From the IMG/VR virus record IMGVR_UViG_3300015199_000003, positions 1 to 57,410 of that record: a stretch of DNA of 57,410 bases; one strand, 5' to 3'. Both the position numbers and the translations under genes were made by a program. Every line of letters starts with the position of its first letter. Positions within the stretch are counted from its first letter, which is position 1. This DNA is from a virus (taxonomy: Duplodnaviria; Caudoviricetes). Below the pieces are notes generated by a model. The model was not told the DNA's origin. It worked only from the letters and a program-made list of their open reading frames with translations, and did no database searches. This document shows positions 8,780-16,602 of the stretch, piece by piece.

Positions 8780-10453
8780 ATGAACAAGTTGCAGATTGGC
8801 GACAACCTGACGCTGCCCGTCGAGGCGGTCACTCAGACTTTCGCGATCCTGGCCAAGCGCGGCGTAGGCAAGTCTTACCTCGCCAGCGTAATGGCCGAAG
8901 AGATGCTCAAAGCCGGACAGCAGATTATCGCGATCGACCCGACGGGCGCTTGGCATGGCTTGCGCTCCAGTGCGGACGGGAAGTCGCCCGGATTTCCAAT
9001 CGTCGTCATCGGCGGCGAGCAAGCCGACGTGCCATTGAACGAATCGGCCGGGGAGATCATCGCGCAGGCCATCGTCGAGAACCGCTTCAGCGCGATCATT
9101 GACCTTTCGCTGCTCCGCAAGGGACAGGTTCGCCGCTTCCTTTCGCCGTTCCTCGAGACTCTCTACCGGCTGAACCGCGAGCCGCTCCACCTGTTCGTTG
9201 ACGAGGCGGACGACGTCGCCCCGCAAAAACCATTCGGCGACGAAGCCCAACTCGTCGGCGCCCTGGAGGACATCGTCAAGCGCGGCCGCAAGAAGGGAAT
9301 CGGTTGCACCCTGATTACGCAGCGGCCGGCCGACCTGGCGAAGCAGGTCCTCACCCAATGCGAAGTGCTGGTCGCCATGCGGATCGTCCACCCGCGCGAC
9401 ATTGCCGCGATCAAGGAATGGGTCAATGTTCATGGCGACCCGGCGATTGCCAAGACGATGATCGACTCGCTCGCGGCTCTGCCGATCGGCACCGCATGGT
9501 TCTGGTCTCCTGGCTGGCTCGGCGAGATGCGGCAGTCGCGAATCCGCCGACGCGAGACATTCGATAGCTCGGCAACGCCCAAAGTCGGCGAACAGCCCAA
9601 GAAACCCAAAGCTCGGGCCGCGATCGACATCGCAGCGCTGGGTCGGCAGATCTCGGACGCGGCCGAACAATCCAAGGCCAATGATCCCAAGGAACTCAAG
9701 AAGCGAATCGCCGAACTGGAGAAGCAGCTTCGCGAGAGGCCGGCAGAGACGAAGACGATCGAAGTGGAGAAGATCGTCGAAGTGCCGATGTTCCAGAACG
9801 GCGAACTCGACCGGACGGAGAAGATCATCGGCCATCTGATTGCGATTGCGGATAAAGCATCGGACGCGGCCGGCAATCTGCGGAGCGCCTTTGCTCCGGC
9901 TGTTAGCCGGCCGGGGCCAATGGTTCAACCAAAGCCATTACTTGACACGTACAAGCATGTCAAGCAAACAACACAAAAGCCTCAAATTGTCAAGCAGCCG
10001 ATCGCTCCGACCGGCGATCTGACCGGGCCACAACAAGCGATCCTCGATACCGTTCTGATGCTCGACGCGCGCGGGATTGCCGCAAACCGCGATACCGTGG
10101 CCCGCTGGCTCGGCATCCATCCCAACGGCGGGAGTTATGGCGCCAATCTCGGCAGGCTCCGCGGTGAAGGGTATCTCGACGGCTTTCGACTGACCGAACT
10201 CGGCACGTCAACGGCGCGCCAGCAAACAACCGGCGTCGAAGCCGCTCTTGCCGCGCTGGACGAAGAACCCAAACGCCGGATCATCCGAACGCTGATCGAA
10301 GTCGGCCGCCCCGTTTCGCGCGACGAATTGGCTGAGATCCTCGGCTTGCATCCGAACGGCGGCAGTTACGGGGCAAACCTTGGATGGCTTCGCACGATGG
10401 GGATCATCACTCCGAAAGGGCTGATCGCTCCGACTGATGGGCTGTTTCGCTGA
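8780..10453 (+). CDS. HerA/FtsK-like ATPase (DUF87-type) with a duplicated C-terminal HTH-like module
   Basis: AKRGVGKS, IDPTG, LFVDEAD, GRKKGIG, ITQRP; two copies of LGxHPNGGSYGANLGxLR. Confidence 0.85.
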   Translation: MNKLQIGDNLTLPVEAVTQTFAILAKRGVGKSYLASVMAEEMLKAGQQIIAIDPTGAWHGLRSSADGKSPGFPIVVIGGEQADVPLNESAGEIIAQAIVENRFSAIIDLSLLRKGQVRRFLSPFLETLYRLNREPLHLFVDEADDVAPQKPFGDEAQLVGALEDIVKRGRKKGIGCTLITQRPADLAKQVLTQCEVLVAMRIVHPRDIAAIKEWVNVHGDPAIAKTMIDSLAALPIGTAWFWSPGWLGEMRQSRIRRRETFDSSATPKVGEQPKKPKARAAIDIAALGRQISDAAEQSKANDPKELKKRIAELEKQLRERPAETKTIEVEKIVEVPMFQNGELDRTEKIIGHLIAIADKASDAAGNLRSAFAPAVSRPGPMVQPKPLLDTYKHVKQTTQKPQIVKQPIAPTGDLTGPQQAILDTVLMLDARGIAANRDTVARWLGIHPNGGSYGANLGRLRGEGYLDGFRLTELGTSTARQQTTGVEAALAALDEEPKRRIIRTLIEVGRPVSRDELAEILGLHPNGGSYGANLGWLRTMGIITPKGLIAPTDGLFR

Positions 10454-10485
10454 TTGCCGGCAAGCGTCGCAGGATTGAACGGCTG

Positions 10486-11340
10486 ATGACGTCGAGAGGG
10501 CATTCCGTGGGCTTCCCTGGCGGCAAGGCGGGCGCTGGCACATATCAGAAGATCATCAACCAGATCCCACCGCACGAAATCTATGTCGAGGCGTTCCTCG
10601 GCGATGGGGCGATCATCCGGCGCAAGCGGCCTGCGCTTCGCAATATCGCTATTGAAATCGATCCAGCGACGGCCGCCGCATTCGACGGCACTGCCGGCCA
10701 CGTCGCAGGATGGAGCGGCGAGGACCTGAGCATCGAAATTTACAACTGTTGCGGCATCGAGTGGTTGAAGCACACGTTCGGGCTTTACCTGGTGGGGACG
10801 CCGGATCGAGCGGCCTCAGCTGATGGCGCATCATCTCGCGTCGGCGGCCGCCCAACCGTCGGCCGGGTCGCGTCATCACCAGTCGCCGGATCCGCTGTCG
10901 CCGGATCCGCTGGCCCGGTACCGCGCTGGTTCGTCTACTGTGACCCACCCTATCTGCTCAAGACGAGAAGCTCGGGCCGGATCTATCGGCATGAAATGAC
11001 GGAGGCTCAGCACGTCGAACTACTCGCCGTTCTCAAACGGCTTCCCTGCCCCGTGGCGATCTCGGGTTACTACTCGTCGCTCTATGCCGAGTCGCTGCAG
11101 GGATGGCGGCACATTAGTTTCGATGCGATGACGCGCGGCCGGCGCATGGGTCGGGAATATGTCTGGATGAACTATCCCGAGCCCGAAGCCCTTCACGATT
11201 ACGCATATCTTGGGAACAACAAACGGCAGCGCGAACGCGTTCGCCGCAAGGTAGAGACCTGGGCGGCTGGGCTTGCGCGGTTGCCTCGATTGGAGCGGCA
11301 AGCGATTCTGGCCAAGCTGCCTCGGGATCCGGACGCGTGA
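10486..11340 (+). CDS. DNA adenine methyltransferase 2 (D12-class)
   Basis: FPGGKAGAGTYQKIINQIPPH, YVEAFLGDG, YCDPPY, ISGY. Confidence 0.88.
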   Translation: MTSRGHSVGFPGGKAGAGTYQKIINQIPPHEIYVEAFLGDGAIIRRKRPALRNIAIEIDPATAAAFDGTAGHVAGWSGEDLSIEIYNCCGIEWLKHTFGLYLVGTPDRAASADGASSRVGGRPTVGRVASSPVAGSAVAGSAGPVPRWFVYCDPPYLLKTRSSGRIYRHEMTEAQHVELLAVLKRLPCPVAISGYYSSLYAESLQGWRHISFDAMTRGRRMGREYVWMNYPEPEALHDYAYLGNNKRQRERVRRKVETWAAGLARLPRLERQAILAKLPRDPDA

Positions 11341-11516
11341 TTGTGCGACCGCAGCTGCATCCGCCTGATCCTGCGACCCTCGAGCGGCGCATGATCCGGA
11401 GGCGTTTCCCGGGCTGGCGAATCTGGTATAGAGGGCCACTGTGGGGCGCTCTATTAGAGGGCTCTAATAGAAGGCTCTATTGAGGGCCTGTATATGGCGC
11501 AGGATGAGAACGGGAT

Positions 11517-11590
11517 GGGTCCTTCCCGATGGTTTTTCGGGCGCGACGGCGTGGGGAACAGTCGCGAGGTTGCACTCAGTTTGTTTGTCC
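11517..11590 (+). other. candidate lambda-type cos site (cosQ/cosN-like)
   Basis: GGGTCCT followed by the dyad CGCGAC-N13-GTCGCG, resembling the lambda cosQ-cosN layout. Confidence 0.55.
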
Positions 11591-11609
11591 CAATTTTGGC
11601 AGGCTCCAA

Positions 11610-11939
11610 ATGGTCGAGTGGACGCAAAAATCGCTGACGAATCTCGTTCGGTCGATACGCTCCCGCGCGCCAAAAAGCGCTTGGGTCGAGTTCGCCCAAA
11701 GCATCGCCAAAAGCATATCGCGCCGCAGAAGGCAACGTATTGGTTCAATTGCACTTGCGGCATTTCGACAAGAAGGCTGGATACGTGTCGCGGAAGCGCT
11801 TGCTGGAAGGCTAAATAAGTGTGCCCGTCTCGAAGTAGAAGCCCCATCGAGCCTGAAAGACTTTAAGCGGAAATGGGCAAATCGAGCCGCGAGAATTTGC
11901 TCCAATCTGAAGATCAGGAGAATGCCGAATGCCGACTAA
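11610..11939 (+). CDS. hypothetical basic protein
   Basis: ORF overlapping the start of the downstream HNH gene. Confidence 0.45.
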   Translation: MVEWTQKSLTNLVRSIRSRAPKSAWVEFAQSIAKSISRRRRQRIGSIALAAFRQEGWIRVAEALAGRLNKCARLEVEAPSSLKDFKRKWANRAARICSNLKIRRMPNAD

Positions 11940-12483
11940 AAGCGTTACGACCAAAGACATCCTCTCCCTGTTGCATCGGCAGGGGTTTCACTGCGCATAC
12001 ACCGGAGAGCAACTCACGCCCGAGAATGCCGGAGCGGATCATAAGATTCCGGTGGGCCGCGGCGGGTCAAATCAAATTGAGAATATCGCGATTGTGAAGC
12101 GAGAAGTCAACTCGGCAAAGGGCGCGATGACGGTCGAGGAATTCGTGGAAATGTGCCGCAAGGTCGCGGCTTATTTCTCGGACGGAAAGTTGTCTCAGGC
12201 CGCGATCCCGTTTCCGGAAGTCGCAAGTGGCGTTCCTCCGCATGCCGATGCGAGTGAGATTCTGATGCGACTCGGATACTTGGATGCGGCGGAGAATGTT
12301 CACAAAATGCGTGAAAAACTAAAGCGGATGGAAGCATACCATCGAGGTCAAGGCGGAAGGCGGCTGTCGTTCGAGGAATACACAGAAGAGCGCGTTCAAG
12401 AGATTGCTAAATTGAATGAACAGATTGCGGCGCTCCGTGTGACCCGCGCCCAGTTGAGAGCGAAAACGGGCACGGTGCTTTAA
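11929..12483 (+). CDS. HNH endonuclease with a coiled-coil tail
   Basis: CAYTG...DHKIPVGRGGSNQIENIAIVKREVNSAKG. Confidence 0.85.
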   Translation: MPTKSVTTKDILSLLHRQGFHCAYTGEQLTPENAGADHKIPVGRGGSNQIENIAIVKREVNSAKGAMTVEEFVEMCRKVAAYFSDGKLSQAAIPFPEVASGVPPHADASEILMRLGYLDAAENVHKMREKLKRMEAYHRGQGGRRLSFEEYTEERVQEIAKLNEQIAALRVTRAQLRAKTGTVL

Positions 12484-12850
12484 TTCGAAGCCGGCGTCCG
12501 ATATACTCATTTCGAGTTCCATTCCGCATGCTCCCGGTTGAGCAAATCGCGTCCACTGTGCGAGGGCTTCCTACTGGCCCGCAGCGTGTGGGGGTTTCGC
12601 GGCCCGGTCCGCGAGTTTTGATGCAGAGATGCGCAGAACAACCGGAAGAGATCATAAGACCTGCCCAAGGCAATCTCAATGGAGGGCCGCTCACGAGTGG
12701 GGCGGGACGCAGCCGGGGCCAGAGATGGCCGAAAAGATGTGGCAGTTCTTGGAGTTCTGCGCGCCGAACTGAGGAGAGGTCCAATGCCCCCCCCATAATC
12801 ACCCCCGAAATCACCCCGGCAGCCCACCGTCTCCTTGCTACCCTTCCGCG

Positions 12851-13054
12851 ATGGAATCTCATCGCAATCGGATAGTCGATCGCCGCCGCATGAAGGCGGG
12901 CGAGATACTTCCCAATCAACGAAACTGGCGCGATCATCCAGAAGAGCAGCGGCGCGCAGCGCTCGCAATCCTCGAGGATCTCGGCCAGGCTGGCGAACTG
13001 CTCGCGTACCATTCCGTGCGCAACGATGACAAATTGACCCTGACCGCGCCGTGA
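12851..13054 (+). pseudogene. truncated ParB/Srx-like N-terminal domain
   Basis: RIVDRRRMKAGEILPNQRNWRDHPEEQ...LG; stops just before the expected IDGHxR motif. Confidence 0.6.
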
Positions 13055-13159
13055 AAGTGCCATTGAGTCGGAACGAGAAGTGAATATAAAAACGAGCGAA
13101 GGCATGGGCTGTTACCCCACACCTTCACTCTAAACACAATCAGCTTCAAGGAGCCGATC

Positions 13160-13747
13160 ATGCCTGAATTCGATTCTACGATTGCGTACTGTCCCATCAG
13201 CGGATTTTCTGGATATGTCGTCGGCAGCGACGGAACGGTTTGGAGCAACCACCAACAAACATCGCCTAACGTGAATGGGAAATGCGTTGGCGCTCGATAC
13301 GTCGAAGGTTCGACATGGCGGGAGCTGGCGCTCACAAATAACCGGACCGGATACCCGCGCGCTGCCCTGTACCGCAACGACGGCAAACAGGTAAAGGCAC
13401 TGGTTCACCTGTTGGTTCTGGAAGCGTTCGTCGGACCGCGCCCGGATGGGATGGAGGGACTTCACGGCAACGGCATCAAGTCCGACTGCCGCCGCGATAA
13501 TCTTCGCTGGGGAACGCCAGTGGAGAATTGGGAGGATCGAAGGAAGCACGGCGCGGCCGCGAACATGGCGAAAGGCGAGGGGCATGGAATGGCCAGACTT
13601 ACCGAAGTGGAAGTCCGCGAGATGCTATCGATGAGCAGCAGCGGGTACTCGCCAACATCCATCGCCAACCGGTTCCACATCAGCCTTGCGCACGCTTGCC
13701 GAATCGTGGATCGAAAGGCGTGGAAGCACATTTCTACGATTGGTTGA
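13160..13747 (+). CDS. NUMOD4-type HNH homing endonuclease
   Basis: YVVGSDGTVWS, VHLLVLEAFVGPRP, HGNGIKSDCRRDNLRWGTPVEN. Confidence 0.9.
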   Translation: MPEFDSTIAYCPISGFSGYVVGSDGTVWSNHQQTSPNVNGKCVGARYVEGSTWRELALTNNRTGYPRAALYRNDGKQVKALVHLLVLEAFVGPRPDGMEGLHGNGIKSDCRRDNLRWGTPVENWEDRRKHGAAANMAKGEGHGMARLTEVEVREMLSMSSSGYSPTSIANRFHISLAHACRIVDRKAWKHISTIG

Positions 13748-13772
13748 CAGGCAACATATTGCCGCGTATAAT
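13744..13772 (+). promoter_or_regulatory. consensus sigma70 promoter with an operator in the spacer; probably drives a leaderless XRE mRNA
   Basis: TTGACA-17 bp-TATAAT; palindrome GGCAACATATTGCC in the spacer; ATG 7 bp after the -10 box. Confidence 0.85.
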
Positions 13773-13778
13773 CGCTGC

Positions 13779-13997
13779 ATGAAAGCCAAGTTCAAATCCG
13801 CTGCTGCCATCTTTCCTAAGCGCTTACGCGAACTCCGCACGGCCGCCGAGATGAGTCAGCCGGCTTTCGCGCTCGCGGTGGGCATTGGCGAGCGATCAGT
13901 TCGCCTCTATGAGTCTGGCGAGATTCCGCCGACGCTGGAAACTCTCGACTCAATGGCCAAAGTGCTGGGAGTCCAGCCTGCCGACCTCATTTCCTGA
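13779..13997 (+). CDS. XRE-family repressor
   Basis: RLRELRTAAEMSQPAFALAVGIGERSVRLYESGEIPP. Confidence 0.9.
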   Translation: MKAKFKSAAAIFPKRLRELRTAAEMSQPAFALAVGIGERSVRLYESGEIPPTLETLDSMAKVLGVQPADLIS

Positions 13998-14046
13998 AAA
14001 TATTTCCGCTCGCCACGCCAATAAATAATTGGGTTACAGATAAATC

Positions 14047-14098
14047 CGGTAAAATCTTGCCGTCTCATCTTGACCGGTAAGATATTGCCGGTTATATT
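14047..14098 (+). promoter_or_regulatory. promoter with two further operator copies
   Basis: CGGTAAAATCTTGCCG (14047-62) and CGGTAAGATATTGCCG (14075-90); TTGACC-17 bp-TATATT. Confidence 0.75.
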
Positions 14099-14140
14099 TA
14101 TCTACGTGATGGCGAACGAAACAAGAAACGGAGAAACGAA

Positions 14141-14233
14141 ATGCGAACGATCAAGACTTTCCTGATGAAGTGCCTCGAAGCCTTTGTGAGCGGTGTGATC
14201 AAAGGCCACGACAAAGTCCGAAGCCGAAAGTAG
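14141..14233 (+). CDS. 30-aa peptide
   Basis: Preceded by the leader AAACGGAGAAACGAAATG, identical to the leader of the next gene. Confidence 0.5.
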   Translation: MRTIKTFLMKCLEAFVSGVIKGHDKVRSRK

Positions 14234-14308
14234 GCCGCCGAATGGAACGCCGGGGTTCGACTCCCCGGCGGCGGAATGTTGGACAACCTTAACAAACGGA
14301 GAAACGAA

Positions 14309-14491
14309 ATGCTGACCGCACTGCTCATCCTCGCCATTCTGCTCGCGATCGTGACCGTCACGGGCTTCGTGTCCGTCTGCCTGTACGAAGGGGGCTTCTT
14401 TTGCTGGTGGTTCGTCGTGCCCCAGGTCGTCAAAGGTTTCGGCTACGCGATCGCCTTCCTGTTCACGCTGATTGGCGACATCAACAGCTAA
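14309..14491 (+). CDS. small membrane protein
   Basis: Hydrophobic sequence; same RBS leader as the preceding peptide. Confidence 0.6.
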   Translation: MLTALLILAILLAIVTVTGFVSVCLYEGGFFCWWFVVPQVVKGFGYAIAFLFTLIGDINS

Positions 14492-14503
14492 CCGGAGATC
14501 AGC

Positions 14504-14933
14504 CGTGACTGCGATCAACCCCGCTTGGCTTTCATCGACTGTCCTCGACGTGGCCAGTACCGCCAAGAAGCGGCCGCGCGGCACCATGCAGCAACGTCAT
14601 GCGGCGATGGAGATAGGCCCGATCCTCGCCGACGCGCTGATGGATGCCGGCTGCGACGACGAAGAAGTCATTGCCAACCTGCGAACGGCCGGGCTTTGGG
14701 CCGAAGAAATCGTTCTTCTGATTTGCCGGCCGCACGCGGAAATCGTGGAGAAGTGGGAAGCGCAAGAGGGCAGACGGCGATCGCTCAGCCGCAGTCGCTT
14801 CCCTTTCGCGCGGATCGAAGCCGACGGCGTGAAGTTCCATCGCACGCTGGAGGCCGCGACGAAAGCCGCGGATCGCAGTTTCGGGAAAGAGATCTTCGAG
14901 TGTTCGACCGGAAAGATTGTCACACGAAAATGA
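14504..14933 (+). CDS. Gemmataceae 'PILADALxDAGC' family protein
   Basis: INPAWLSSTV...PILADALMDAGCDDEEVIANLR. Confidence 0.7.
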
Positions 14934-14966
14934 ACAACATCGCCCTTACTTCTCTGGAGAAAGATC

Positions 14967-15191
14967 ATGACTCTGAACCCATTCACGCTCGCCGCCAAGG
15001 CCTTCTACACGCCCTTCAAGGGGGCGATCCTGGCCGCCTTCCGTGCTGCCAAGGCTGACGCCCTGGAAGAGATCAGGCAGGAACTGCCCACTGATGCTGA
15101 CTTCGCGGAAGTGGCAACCGCCCTCGCGGAACTTCGCGACAGCACGGCCAAACCGGAAGAGGGGAAACGCGGCCGCAAGGCCTTGGCTTGA
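14967..15191 (+). CDS. hypothetical protein
   Basis: GGAG RBS; followed by a terminator. Confidence 0.6.
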   Translation: MTLNPFTLAAKAFYTPFKGAILAAFRAAKADALEEIRQELPTDADFAEVATALAELRDSTAKPEEGKRGRKALA

Positions 15192-15201
15192 CAGCCCCAC
15201 C

Positions 15202-15242
15202 TTCCCGCCGCGCCGGCTCGACCGGACGGCGGGAATCTTTTT
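15202..15242 (+). terminator. intrinsic terminator
   Basis: TTCCCGCCG...CGGCGGGAA stem followed by TCTTTTT. Confidence 0.7.
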
Positions 15243-15450
15243 CAGAAATTCCCATCCGACGCAAGTCGTTGCTGGCCACGCATCAGCCACGAAACCGCAG
15301 GGAAAGCCGAGTAATTCGGCCTTTTTCATCCTTCACTTCGCATAAACCACGGCTTATATTTGTGTGAGTAACGGGCCAACGTGGCTCGTTGAAATGAAGA
15401 TGGCCGGAAGTGTTGTAGCACTTCCGGCCTGCCACGCTCGTTGAGGGAGC

Positions 15451-16161
15451 ATGACGAAGATGAATCTTACAGAGAAATAACAGACGGGCGAGACGGTACG
15501 GCGCGCGGTGGACAATCTCAGGACGCGACCTTGGCAGGGCAGCGGCTGGAAGGTGTTGATCGTCAACGAAGCCGATTGCATGTCGCCTAACGCGGCCTAC
15601 GTTTGGCTGGACGTGCTCGAATCGCTGCCGTTGATGACGGTGGTTATCTTCACGACGAACAACGGAGAGAAGCTTCCGGCCCGTCTCCGCGATCGATGCG
15701 AGCGGTTCATGTTTCAGTCGGGCGGCCTGTTGATGCGCGGACCGGCGCAAGAACTGGTCAACCGAGTATGGTTCGCTGAGACGGGCCGAACCGACGCTCC
15801 GGACATTGACGAACTCGGCAAGGTGGCCGACGACAAGGGCGACGTTTCTCTCCGTCGAGTTCTTCAACTGCTGACGCCGCATGTTCGCACGGCTGCGGAT
15901 CCGGTTAAGTCGAGTCGGCCGACGCCGCCGAATGTCGCGCCAACAGCTCCGGTCGCAGGATCAAGCGCCGCGACCGTCGTCAAGCTGCGCGAGATTCGGG
16001 AGCGGTTCAACTGCCCGGCCGAAAAGTTCGCCCTTCTCGCGCAGTGCGGAGTTTCGACGCTGTACGCAATCGAACGCGGCAAGAGGGAGCCGGCTCCGTC
16101 ACTCGCGCGTCGAATTCAGGAAGCAATCGTTATCGTCGAACGGGAAGGGATCGCAGCATGA
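15451..16161 (+). pseudogene. internally deleted clamp-loader-like AAA+ protein with a C-terminal XRE HTH
   Basis: MTKMNLTEK*QTGETVRR... in frame with KVLIVNEAD, FTTN and LRDRC; Walker A segment absent. Confidence 0.7.
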
Positions 16162-16553
16162 AAGCGTTGACCGTCAAGCAGCCGTGGGCGGCGCTCATCG
16201 CCCACGGCCTTAAGCCGATCGAAAACCGGACCTGGGCAACAAGGCACCGCGCGCCGCTGCTGATCCACGTCTCGGCCCGCATGCCCTTTAGGCCGGCGGC
16301 ATGGTTGCAATTCTGCCGAGAGCGATCCCTCCTCGATGCACCCGATTACGATGCGCTGGCCGCGCAATGCGGGAAGATTATTTGCAGGGTGGAACTCGTT
16401 GATTGCGTTCCGATCGCAAGCCTGCCAACGGACCTGCGCGGCCATTGGACGGCTGAAGGGCCGATATGCTGGCTCGTCGAGAATCCCGTTGCAGTCGATG
16501 GAACGCCGTCGGTGAAAGGTCGGCTTGGAATTTGGGAGTATAATCCGGAGTAG
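16158..16553 (+). CDS. ASCH domain protein
   Basis: MKALTVKQPWAALIAHGLKPIENRTW...KGRLGIW. Confidence 0.92.
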   Translation: MKALTVKQPWAALIAHGLKPIENRTWATRHRAPLLIHVSARMPFRPAAWLQFCRERSLLDAPDYDALAAQCGKIICRVELVDCVPIASLPTDLRGHWTAEGPICWLVENPVAVDGTPSVKGRLGIWEYNPE

Positions 16554-16602
16554 TTCGGCTCTCGTCGGCCGAATCCACTATCCGCCAGGAAGCGGCCGGG
16601 CA

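Noticed and set aside
12550-12630. Second cos-like site
   Set aside because: Only a loose CGCGAG..TT resemblance; lacks GGGTCCT and a clear dyad.
14235-14274. tRNA gene
   Set aside because: Only a T-loop hairpin; no D or anticodon arm.
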